A DNA stretch of 48,906 nt, from the IMG/VR virus record IMGVR_UViG_3300036399_001023; one strand, given 5' to 3'. The DNA is from a virus. Taxonomy: Duplodnaviria; Heunggongvirae; Uroviricota; Caudoviricetes. How positions within the stretch are numbered: the stretch's first letter is position 1; every line of letters begins with the position of its first letter. Shown here in pieces: positions 9,380-17,901 of this stretch. A model generated the notes under the pieces. It did no database searches and was not told where the DNA came from. It saw only the letters and a program-made list of their open reading frames with translations. The position numbers and the translations under genes are program-made.

Positions 9380-12201
9380 AGCGCTAACGTCCCCTCTCCG
9401 TAGTTCGGCGGGCTAAGTGCAAAAGTTGTTCCCGTGTACCAGGATAAGTCAGGAATTTGACCCAGGGTTGATGTGTTTTCCCACACGTATGTTAAGCTTG
9501 GTGACGAGCTAAAGTTCCTTCCGGTGTTCCGGGGGACAACAGTTATTTGGCAGGACCCAAGCTTAATCGAGGATGTTTCCACACCGTACTGGGACAGCAC
9601 CGGCTCTTCACAGCGATAGGAAACTACGTACCGTAGTAAGTTGCCCGCGTACTCTTCGTACCTCGAAGTGTTGTCTGCGGGCAGGCCGGACCAGTTTGTT
9701 ACTGTTTTCTGGGGTGTGAATGACTTCATGACTCTGTAATAGTTCCTACCGTCTTCACTCAAGATCGTGTCTTCCGTGGCGTTCAGGTATGCGGGGTTGA
9801 AGTAAGGAATGTAGTCGTCTACGGGGAGAAGGGATGGGCCGAATTCCTCGGACTTTACGAACACGCCGTTACCTAGGTATATGCTAAAGTCGAATAAGGG
9901 GGTGACTGCGGAGGTGGCGGTGTAGGATTGCACATCGGAACCTTCTCGAAAGAACGTGCGATCACCCTGAAAAAAGGTGAACATTCTGTCAAATTTTCGC
10001 AGGAGCGGGTTGTTCGTTAGTTCTGAAGCTAGCTGAGTTTGAAGCGCAGGGTTAGGAGAAAGGTTGTAAACCACACCCTCGCTAAGCAAATCTTGTATGT
10101 TGGTGCTACTGGGGGTGAAGTGCGAAGACGCAACGTAGTAAGTGGCTGGAGAAGATGAAGTTTCCTTATACAACAGGTACTGCCCTGGCTTGAACCGAGC
10201 TTTATACTTGTACAAAGGTAATCCACCGTTCCCGTTGAACACGAGGGTCTCAGATAGGATTCCCGAATCAACAAGATTACTAAAGTACTCCTTAACAGAT
10301 AGCTGGTTTGGACTATAGGTGAAACCAGCATTTACACGGGCGTACTTCACAATTGCGCCTTTTGTTAAGTCAACGTAGTTGTAGTAAGGGTCAACAACGG
10401 GATTGGGCCCTCCCCCTACTTGGGGAGTGGAAACCCACGTTCCTTGGGCATAGGACAACCCTTCAGTGAGCTGAGCAGGAACCACGGGAAGCCCGACTAA
10501 AAACTCTGCCTGAGCACCAGTAATATCGTTGGTGGACGGGTTGAGTGTAAAGTTTTTTGAAACTAGCCAGGCAAATCCTCCTGCACGGCTATTTAAGGGT
10601 ACTGCAGAGGGACTTTGAGGAACGAACTCCCCTGATGAGTAGTCATACTCCACAATTTCAGGGTCTAGTGTACCGCCAGAGGAATATGTGAAAGAGTTTC
10701 CAATTTCCCACGGCGAAAAGGTTTTCACTGCGGAGATCTTCCCGTTCAGAATGTATGAAGAAACGGCGGAAGAAGAACCGATGCTTAAGTTTTCTAGGAC
10801 GATGTGCAACCCTTGCTGGGCTAGATCCCCGGATCCATCATGATATACTATGTCACCAAGGGAGTAGGACCCGGATGTTAGCGGTCTTATCTGTTTGAGC
10901 GTAAGGTTGCCGTATATCGTCTGATCCTTCTTGTTTGAAGAGTAGGGTGTAAAGTTTGACTCTACCGGGTAGAAAGTCGGTGCAGGGTTATTGATGAATA
11001 TAAGGTTGCCCTCTTCCAGCAGGTTGTCAGACGCGGAAAAATCGTAGATGTTTGTGTATACCGACGCGTCCTTATTGAGAGAGTTCGGAGTGTTGTAAGC
11101 GGTCGATACTTTTACAGATGGATCTTTGAATCTTGTGTTCGTGTCGAAAGTTGCGTAGAACGCTGCGTCGATGTCACTCACAGTCGGAGTCACGTTCGCA
11201 GGAAAAACCTGCCCAGGAGTCAAAACTGAGAAGAGACGGTCTCGAAAATTGAGTGCAGACTCCTTAAAGTTCGACCCGAAAGTCCCGTTGGAGTCCACTT
11301 CAACGGTTAAGTTGTACTGAACTTGGCTTAGCGTAATGGGGAATAGGTGCCCTTGATTCTCAATCGGGACAGAGAAATTTACTGCGTTTTGGCCCAGCGA
11401 CAGTTGCTGAGTTGTAAGTTCTTGACCGTTTGGCCCAAGCACGAAAAAAGACACCTGCCCATTGGGGCGAAGGTAGTCTTGTGTGTAGTTGTATCCGTAG
11501 AAGCTGGAGCGGTTCGGCTGGACAGATGTCAAAGTGCCTATGCCATACAAGTCAGTGAAAAAATCTTGCCAGTCGGACCCACTGACGGGGTTTCTCCTGC
11601 GAATTAGAGTGAAGAATCTTTCCTGAACTTCCTGAAAAGTCTCGACGTCACTTCCGCCGACAGACGGTTGAGGGTTTGTTGCGGATAAGTTGAGTGTCCC
11701 TGTGTTTGAAGTTCCGGTGATTGAGTTTGCGGGAACGTTATAGGCGGATCCTACAAACTTTGAGTAAACTGGGACTCTACCGGTGAGGTCCCCAGGCGGA
11801 ATCACCAGGTCGGAGCTTGTAACAAACTCGTAGCTTTCTCCTGCTGTTAGCTGAGGGTTCGTAGAGAATAGGGACCCTGCGGGAATAACCGTGGAGCTCT
11901 TTGTTGGCGGGACCGAAATTACCAGCTCAGCTGTTGAGGTTGTCCCAAGCCTTCTCATGGCACCTAAGAAGGGTCCGATCCACTCGATAAGGATTTTGTC
12001 AGGGAGCTGGTTGGCCCAGAACAAGAATTCTCCCTGCGCAAAAGCTTGCCCCTCAAGGAGGACTGCTAGGGGGTTTCCCGCACTGAAGTCGTTAAGGGTT
12101 TTGTTGGACGCTTCGTAAACGGTTTGAGCCGCTGCTTGGACCAAGTCAGCTTCATTGCGCGGGTCAATGGAAACCGACGGTAGCGGTGAGTAACGTGGCA
12201 T
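9376..12201 (-). CDS. Baseplate J-like wedge protein with long C-terminal extension
   Basis: N-terminal DFSAGNPLAVLLE..GAMRRLGTTSTAEL..ATNPQPSVGGSDVET..RRRNPVSGSDW typical of baseplate J; 941 aa. Confidence 0.8.
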   Translation of the reverse strand: MPRYSPLPSVSIDPRNEADLVQAAAQTVYEASNKTLNDFSAGNPLAVLLEGQAFAQGEFLFWANQLPDKILIEWIGPFLGAMRRLGTTSTAELVISVPPTKSSTVIPAGSLFSTNPQLTAGESYEFVTSSDLVIPPGDLTGRVPVYSKFVGSAYNVPANSITGTSNTGTLNLSATNPQPSVGGSDVETFQEVQERFFTLIRRRNPVSGSDWQDFFTDLYGIGTLTSVQPNRSSFYGYNYTQDYLRPNGQVSFFVLGPNGQELTTQQLSLGQNAVNFSVPIENQGHLFPITLSQVQYNLTVEVDSNGTFGSNFKESALNFRDRLFSVLTPGQVFPANVTPTVSDIDAAFYATFDTNTRFKDPSVKVSTAYNTPNSLNKDASVYTNIYDFSASDNLLEEGNLIFINNPAPTFYPVESNFTPYSSNKKDQTIYGNLTLKQIRPLTSGSYSLGDIVYHDGSGDLAQQGLHIVLENLSIGSSSAVSSYILNGKISAVKTFSPWEIGNSFTYSSGGTLDPEIVEYDYSSGEFVPQSPSAVPLNSRAGGFAWLVSKNFTLNPSTNDITGAQAEFLVGLPVVPAQLTEGLSYAQGTWVSTPQVGGGPNPVVDPYYNYVDLTKGAIVKYARVNAGFTYSPNQLSVKEYFSNLVDSGILSETLVFNGNGGLPLYKYKARFKPGQYLLYKETSSSPATYYVASSHFTPSSTNIQDLLSEGVVYNLSPNPALQTQLASELTNNPLLRKFDRMFTFFQGDRTFFREGSDVQSYTATSAVTPLFDFSIYLGNGVFVKSEEFGPSLLPVDDYIPYFNPAYLNATEDTILSEDGRNYYRVMKSFTPQKTVTNWSGLPADNTSRYEEYAGNLLRYVVSYRCEEPVLSQYGVETSSIKLGSCQITVVPRNTGRNFSSSPSLTYVWENTSTLGQIPDLSWYTGTTFALSPPNYGEGTLAL

Positions 12202-12214
12202 TTAGATTCTCCGT

Positions 12215-12691
12215 TCAGTATGTACCGTTATCCACCACAAGAGCGTCGAGCTGGTCGGACAATACTTTTTTCGTTACCAAGTCTGCGTCTGCTAACGCTG
12301 CGAATTTCTGGCTAGCCGAGGAAGGGCTGATGCCGTTGGCGTTGCTATACTTAAGGTTTGTTAGAAAACTTCTCGGAGCTTTGTTATAGTTCTGAGTGAG
12401 TGTGGGGTTTGAAGCGGGGTCAAATCCGAAGCCCCAGTACCCTGTGACAACTTTTGAACCGGAAACCGGAATACCAGACAGAAGTTGACCGGTGCCCGAC
12501 AAAGTGGGTTGCTCAGTGGTTAGTGTGACGTAGCGGCTGTCTAAGCCTGTAGGCCCTGTTTTTTCAAGGTCGTCGAGACCCAAGGGGTCGTAGTGCCAGT
12601 CAAGGTCTTGGCCGTCGAAGACAATGTTCCTTGCACCATTTAGCCACTCGCTTGTTACGACAACGCCACTTGAAAACAGAGTTTTGGCCAT
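12215..12691 (-). CDS. Putative tail-fibre-associated/structural protein
   Basis: 158-aa ORF; the N-terminal FSSGVVVTSEWLN resembles fibre attachment segments. Confidence 0.4.
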   Translation of the reverse strand: MAKTLFSSGVVVTSEWLNGARNIVFDGQDLDWHYDPLGLDDLEKTGPTGLDSRYVTLTTEQPTLSGTGQLLSGIPVSGSKVVTGYWGFGFDPASNPTLTQNYNKAPRSFLTNLKYSNANGISPSSASQKFAALADADLVTKKVLSDQLDALVVDNGTY

Positions 12692-12739
12692 TTCTTCTTA
12701 AGGTTCGTTCTTACAGAGGTTTTACCCTCTTGTGGACAC

Positions 12740-12765
12740 AAAAAAGCCCCGGTTAGGGGGCTTTT
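12740..12765. terminator. Intrinsic terminator after tail tube gene (possibly bidirectional)
   Basis: aaaaaagcccc-ggtta-gggggctttt hairpin flanked by A and T tracts. Confidence 0.75.
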
Positions 12766-12776
12766 CGAGTTGAGAA

Positions 12777-13220
12777 TCAGGTTCGGTCCCAAGAATTCAC
12801 GGTTAGCTGAATCTCAATTTCCTGAACATTGCCGCTTTCACGGTCAACATCGGCGGTATTAAGAGACATGAACTGACATCCGTAGCAAGTGTATTGGCCG
12901 CCAGCGGGGGCTGATCCGTTTCCAACACAGTCTTTCGGAGTGACTGTAACTGTGATTTCTCGGCAATTATACTGCAACCAGTAAATTTCCAACTGCTTGA
13001 AGATCGTGGGATCGTACGGAGCAGAAAGGGAGATGTTGTCTACCTTTTTGGGGCCTACAACTTTGTAAATACGGTTACCAGTACCATTGGCGTAGTCACT
13101 GCTACTTGAGGAATCCTTGATTCCGCTGAATTTTGTAAACGTGGCGATTAGTGTGGGTCCGTCAGGAGCTACGAAGCTAACTTCGTACTGAGACTTTGTA
13201 ATCGGTCTGAGAATAGCCAT
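12777..13220 (-). CDS. Tail tube protein (gp19-like)
   Basis: 147 aa; FTKFSG..GPKKVDNISLSAPY..YTCYGCQFMSLNTADVDRESGNVQEIEIQLTV fits the contractile-tail tube pattern; AGGAGG RBS. Confidence 0.8.
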   Translation of the reverse strand: MAILRPITKSQYEVSFVAPDGPTLIATFTKFSGIKDSSSSSDYANGTGNRIYKVVGPKKVDNISLSAPYDPTIFKQLEIYWLQYNCREITVTVTPKDCVGNGSAPAGGQYTCYGCQFMSLNTADVDRESGNVQEIEIQLTVNSWDRT

Positions 13221-13248
13221 TGGGTCACCTCCTTAGTACCTTCCCTTA

Positions 13249-16200
13249 TCAGGATAGGATGTTGGTGATCATAGCGCCAGAACCGATAAGACCAGTTGCG
13301 CCGAGGCCAACTAGGTTAACCACACGTTCAATTGTGATTTCAGCACGAACAACGCGGCGTTCACGAATGTAGTATTCGGGACGGACGGCTGGGGTGCCTG
13401 TGAGCTGATCATTTGTGTTATCATAAGGGCTCTTTATCCCTTATTTCTTCACATTTCTGTGAAGATCAGACTATATCTTCTTCCCTTTAACTTTGAGGGT
13501 TTAGGGAGTGGGGCACTCTTGTCAGCTTCATCACTGTTCTAGTGGTATGCTGTTAGTCGTTGAACGTTCGTTTTCTCCCGAAAACGCTTCGCTGCTGATT
13601 ACCATAGTTTCAAACTCTCGTTTGAAGCCGTAGGCTTCCCAGCAATTCACCCCATTGACTCGCGGATCAGGCGAGTAATTTGATGTTACCATCAAACCAC
13701 GCATTCAGCTCGTTTAAAAGAAACGATGTTGTTAGCATACGTGTAAGAGAAGGCAGGAGTCGCAGCATTCGCACCACCAGCAGGCATGATGGAATCAGAA
13801 GGACCGTTAGGGCTGTAGAACAGAAGGATACCGTTAGCTGGGAATACCGGCTGTAGGGTTCCATCTTGCGCTAAGTAACGACCTTCGGCAACACGTAGGC
13901 CACGCTCAAGACCGAAGTAGCGAGCAATGACGTCAGTGTCGACGCTGTCTGCAGATGTGTACTTGGTACGATCAAGGATCTTCTCGTTGGTCAGCAAGAG
14001 GTCAAACACGGAAGAACCGACGACTGCGGAGTTTGGACGGATACCGATTTGGTTGGCGACTGCACGCTTGAGGGTTAGAATGTCTTCAATTGGGTTAGAA
14101 GTAGCACCAGACCAGGCGGCGTCTCCAGCAACGGAGCCGTAAGCTGTCTTGAAGTTTGTCCAGGTTGTGAAACCGAGTCCGGTCTGGGAACCTGCGGTTC
14201 CGTTATAGGGCTCGTAAGGGTTGTAAGTCGCGGTGACGGAAACAGCTTGAGCAACGGTGTACTCGTAGCTGTTCATCAATCTGGACATTGCATTCCTGGT
14301 TTCGATTGCGCGAAGATCTACTTGTGCAGGCAAATTGTTATCGTAAAGGCTCTTTATCCTTTACTTCTTTCTGTTTCCAGAAAGTTCAGACTATATCTTC
14401 ACCTTTGCTAAGCAAAGGGCTGGGCGCTCGTGGACGAGTTATTGTTGTCGAAACTCATCGTCTAGTCGTTGAACCTTTTCACCACAGAAATCATAATGAT
14501 TTCTCGACGTAGTAAACTTGGCTGCTGATTGCCTGTTTCTTTAATGGAAATTCAGGGATCCCAGCAATTCACCCAGTTAATTTGTGGTTAAGCTGCCACA
14601 GCAAGAGCCAAACAACCCTCGCCAGCGTTTTCAATTCAATACTGTTATCGTAAAGGCTCTTTATCCCTTACTTCTTTCTGTTTCCAGAAAGTTCAGACTA
14701 TATCTTCACCCTTGTTAGGGTGCTAGGCGCTCTTGTCAGCTTCATCACTGTTCTAGTGGTATGCTGTTAGTCGTTGAACGTTCTCTCAGTCCCCTGAGAG
14801 TTTCGCTGCTGATTGCCTTGTGTTTCAGAGAAGTCACTCCTGAAACCGTCAGGTTTCCCAGCAATTCACCCAGTTTTTCTTTCAGTTTCTCAACTGATGG
14901 AGGCTATTGATTCAACCTCTTCAGGCAATTCCCAGGCGACCACTTCCTGCTCTAGAGCATAAGGCTCAGAGTCGTAGCGGCTTTGGACGTATGGGATGTT
15001 AGTTCCGTAAGCACGACGGAAATCGTTTATAGCAAACTGCTCCTTCCCAAATCTGAGAATTCTCCCAGCTCTGGTAGGAGTGTCAACAACCGGTGCGATA
15101 AAATTCGCAATATTTGTTGACGGAAGCATAAAACCTTGTGCAAGGGTTGTAAGACATTTGTTATCGTAAAGGCTCTTTATCCTCTACTTCTCCTTGTTTC
15201 CAAAGAGTTCAGACTATATCATACTCTTTATTACAGACATAACAGATTTAGTTTTGGGGATTCCTAACAATCTACAAAGCACAACATAAGATGGTTTACC
15301 ATTCTCTAGCCATACTTTGAGTATTTCATCGGATACACCCCATAATGGACTATCTTTTAGTCTCCAGTGGTCTCTCCCCCTAGGAAGAGAAGGGGGGATA
15401 GAGTTTCTATGACTCTCATTCCACGGGGTACCTCTCTTAGTCTCCCTCATCCTTTCAATTCTCTCTAGTAGAACTTCTTTAGAGGTGTTTCTGTAGGTTT
15501 CTTTGTTTGAGTTAGAGATTTTTTCTCTGGACTCGAAACTAAGTTTCCTATTCCTACCTGCTTCAGAAAGTTTATTACGGGTCTCTTCAGAAAAAATGTA
15601 GTTATTTTTTAGAAACTCATACACCCTAGAATTGACGAAAGCTTCGTCAATCGTGTGGGACATAAGCCAAGCAGCCCGTTGGGCTTGTTGGTTTCCCGTA
15701 AATGCTCTAAAGAGGAGCTGATGGGCTATGTAATGGGCCCTGGGTGTAAGGTAAATTAAGTTCACTTTGGCATCACTTCCTCCCATTTTAGTTGGGTGGA
15801 TGTGGTGTTCGTGACAGCATTTAAACTTTTCGAGGGAACCGAATTTTTCTAAGAAGAAAAAGTATCTGTTTAGTTGTCTGTAACTAGTGAGTCCCGGCGC
15901 TCGTGGAAGAGTTATTCTTGGGTCAGTCATCTTCTAGTCGTTGAACCTTTTTACCTAACTCTACTATAGCTAGTAAAGACCCTAAGTAAACTTGGCTGCT
16001 GATTGCCTTTTTTGCAAAAGCAAAACTAAGGTGTCCCAGCAATTCACCGGATTTTCTTTGTTAAAACAAAGCCACTCTAAAAAATGGGATCGACCCCTGC
16101 ATAAGTCTGTTGTAGCAACTTGTTATCGTAAAGGCTCTTTATCCTTTACTTCTTTCTGTTTCCAGAAAGTTCAGACTATATCATCATCTTTGCCTGAGCA

Positions 16201-16390
16201 AAGAGTCGGGCACTCGTGTCAGCTTCATCACTGTTCTAGTGGTATGCTGTTAGTCGTTGAACCTTGCCCCTATCCCTAGGGGCCTTGGCTGCTGATTGCC
16301 TATTTTGCAAAAGCAAAACTAAGGTGTTCCAGCAATTCACCCGATTTTCAATCAGAGTCACCTCTGAGTGGAACCTTTATGATTCATCAT
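13249..16390 (-). CDS. Major capsid protein, spliced: join(16390-16382, 16115-16084, 15154-14915, 14636-14615, 14330-13739, 13409-13249), 351 aa
   Basis: Joining the exons at U/G boundaries gives one open 1056-nt frame MMN|LQQTYAGVDPI|LTTLAQGFMLP..EEV|IENAGEG|PAQVDLR..SYTY|QLTGTPAV..ILS*; located between decoration and tube genes; AAGGA RBS. Confidence 0.9.
13410..13738 (-). ncRNA. Group I intron 5 of capsid gene (329 nt, ORF-less)
   Basis: P/Q/R/S present; IGS GCUGAAUGCGUG pairs with both 5' exon CACGU (P1) and 3' exon UCAGC (P10). Confidence 0.92.
14331..14614 (-). ncRNA. Group I intron 4 of capsid gene (284 nt, ORF-less)
   Basis: P/Q/R/S present; P1 GCGAGGGU/GCUCUUGC; P3 CUGGGUG/CGCCCAG. 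Confidence 0.92.
14637..14914 (-). ncRNA. Group I intron 3 of capsid gene (278 nt, ORF-less)
   Basis: P/Q/R/S present; P1 GAGGU/GCCUC; P10 UCAAU pairs with 3' exon AUUGA. Confidence 0.92.
15155..16083 (-). mobile_element. Group I intron 2 of capsid gene (929 nt) carrying an HNH homing endonuclease in the P8 loop
   Basis: P/Q/R elements at ~15930-16050, S element at ~15210; P3 UCCGGUG/CGCCGGG; P1 CCAU/GUGG. Confidence 0.92.
15214..15930 (-). CDS. Intron-encoded HNH homing endonuclease with NUMOD3-like repeats
   Basis: HEHHIHPTKMGGSDAKVNLIYLTPRAHYIAHQLL HNH motif; FSEETRNKLSEA and LSFESREKISNS NUMOD3-like repeats. Confidence 0.85.
   Translation of the reverse strand: MTDPRITLPRAPGLTSYRQLNRYFFFLEKFGSLEKFKCCHEHHIHPTKMGGSDAKVNLIYLTPRAHYIAHQLLFRAFTGNQQAQRAAWLMSHTIDEAFVNSRVYEFLKNNYIFSEETRNKLSEAGRNRKLSFESREKISNSNKETYRNTSKEVLLERIERMRETKRGTPWNESHRNSIPPSLPRGRDHWRLKDSPLWGVSDEILKVWLENGKPSYVVLCRLLGIPKTKSVMSVIKSMI
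16116..16381 (-). ncRNA. Group I intron 1 of capsid gene (266 nt, ORF-less)
   Basis: P (GAATTGCTGGAA), Q (AATCAGCAGC), R (GTTCAACGACTA), S (GATATAGTC) elements; P3 UCGGGUG/UGCCCGA; 5' exon ends in U, intron ends in G. Confidence 0.9.
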
Positions 16391-16425
16391 AATAGATGTT
16401 TCCTTGTGTGTAAAGTTGACTTCAA

Positions 16426-16443
16426 AGATTGCCGAAGCAATCT
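16426..16443 (-). promoter_or_regulatory. C(UUCG)G tetraloop hairpin in capsid 5' UTR
   Basis: AGAUUGC-UUCG-GCAAUCU, 7-bp perfect stem. Confidence 0.7.
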
Positions 16444-16498
16444 GACCCGCGAGTCCGAAAACTTTGGGGTCACTGTAGTTATACCCTTCTTTTTCACG

Positions 16499-16528
16499 AA
16501 AAAGCCCCCAACTCGAAAGTTGAAGGCT
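16499..16528 (-). terminator. Intrinsic terminator between decoration gene and capsid gene
   Basis: AGCCUUCAACU-UUCG-AGUUGGGGGCU stem-loop followed by U tract. Confidence 0.75.
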
Positions 16529-16563
16529 CTTAGTGAAAACGCACCGAAATGCGTCAGCTTTTC

Positions 16564-17037
16564 TCAGGCGAATGAAACCAGCAAGACAGTGCGACCGCCG
16601 ATTCGCACGATTTCACGAATGAGCGGGATAGTACCGTCAAGAGTGACGTTGGTCCCGGTATTCGCAGTGGGTAGCGCCTTGCCGTCAGCACCAACTGAAA
16701 GCTGGGCGTTGAGTACGAAGGGGGCCACGGCGCTGGCACTCACTTCAACAAGCAAGGAGCCACTGGTGGCCACAGAAGCTTGACGAGCGGTGCGAGGTTG
16801 AGACAGGGCTGTGGGAATGTAGGCCTGGTTCACACCTACAATCTTCCCATCAAACGCGGTCAGGTTGCCAGGGGCGCAAACTTTGTTTGCTCCGGCGTAG
16901 GTTGCGTAAGCAACAACTGCAAACTCAGGAATTTCAACGACTCCAGCCGTTCCACCTTGGTTGTCAGTAGCAGCGGTGAAAGTCTCCGCGTAACGAATGA
17001 ATTGCTTACCGTAAACTGGTGCGATGTTCAAAGACAT
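16564..17037 (-). CDS. Capsid decoration/cement protein (DUF2190-like)
   Basis: 157-aa Ala/Gly/Val-rich protein, GKIVGVNQ..ASVATSGSLLVEV..QLSVGADGKAL; immediately upstream of the capsid gene. Confidence 0.7.
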   Translation of the reverse strand: MSLNIAPVYGKQFIRYAETFTAATDNQGGTAGVVEIPEFAVVAYATYAGANKVCAPGNLTAFDGKIVGVNQAYIPTALSQPRTARQASVATSGSLLVEVSASAVAPFVLNAQLSVGADGKALPTANTGTNVTLDGTIPLIREIVRIGGRTVLLVSFA

Positions 17038-17161
17038 TTTGATATTTTCAAAGGGTTATTGGTTTTGTTGTTTCCTCTAGGACTTGTTTTTCACCTAGCT
17101 TAGTTAATCAGGTTTTACCCTGCTTCACCTTAGTTTGAACCATGGTGGGTTCGTTTAAAAG

Positions 17162-17869
17162 TCAACGGTAGTCGATTCGGCAGCGGCAGCGATCGTAGCA
17201 CCGGCACTCTTGCCCCGGCATCGGCAGGGTTCCAAAGGGCTGCCACCCCTTCTCCCCAAACTTTATGCAGTCAGGACAAGTTCTCCTGTCCAACACTGGC
17301 ACTCGTCGCATCTCCCGGTAACCCTGCTCTTGTTTCACGTAGGAGTCACCAAGGTTGAAAAATGAGTAGGAAGGGTTTGCAAGGTAGCGAACGACTCTGG
17401 TAACAAGGCTCAGCCAAGACATTTTCGGCTTCGGTGGAAGTACCTCTTCGCCCCCTTCGTACATATCTTCAAGATCAATTTCCGAGAAATTTATGCGGTC
17501 GTCGCCGAGCATTAGGGATCCGTCGTTTAGTGCTAGTTCGGTTTGGCTCAAGAATTCTAACAAAGGTGGGAGCATTTGCCCGGTTACAGTGCCCCATGCC
17601 CGTTCGACTTTTGCTTGTGGCGAGGCTTTTCCTGCCCCTAGGTGAACGGCAGCGAGGGCTGCAGACAGTGTCTTATCAATCAAAGTTCGAGAGTACTCCT
17701 CCCAGCGAATATCCTTGTCTCGCAAAGCCTTCACAAGAACTTTCGACTGGTCCGTCATGAGACTTTCCAGCTTCTCTTGTGTTTTCGCTTTGCGAGCTAA
17801 GACCTCGGCTTGAGAGAAGTAGTCCGCTCGCTTTTTTGTTACCTGCCCGACCAAAGTTAGAAGGTCCAT
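17162..17869 (-). CDS. Minor head protein (Mu gpF/SPP1 gp7-like)
   Basis: C-terminal LDRRTCPDC..PMPGQECRCYDRCRCRIDY Cys motif; position in head module. Confidence 0.7.
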   Translation of the reverse strand: MDLLTLVGQVTKKRADYFSQAEVLARKAKTQEKLESLMTDQSKVLVKALRDKDIRWEEYSRTLIDKTLSAALAAVHLGAGKASPQAKVERAWGTVTGQMLPPLLEFLSQTELALNDGSLMLGDDRINFSEIDLEDMYEGGEEVLPPKPKMSWLSLVTRVVRYLANPSYSFFNLGDSYVKQEQGYREMRRVPVLDRRTCPDCIKFGEKGWQPFGTLPMPGQECRCYDRCRCRIDYR

Positions 17870-17901
17870 AGCTTAATCTCCGGGCAGCAGTATCGGAGCT
17901 A

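Noticed and set aside
13692-14333. Track ORF of 213 aa (and 14890..15129) as stand-alone capsid or pseudogene fragments
   Set aside because: They are exons 5 and 3 with read-through into introns; splicing restores one frame
13410-16381. Repeated 45-66 nt blocks separated by unique sequence resembling a CRISPR array or DGR repeats
   Set aside because: Spacing is irregular (hundreds of nt), the blocks map to group I intron core elements, and no cas or reverse transcriptase gene is present
13249-16390. Stop-codon recoding (alternative genetic code) as the cause of capsid fragmentation
   Set aside because: All other large genes are intact under code 11, and the interruptions include frame changes and ribozyme cores
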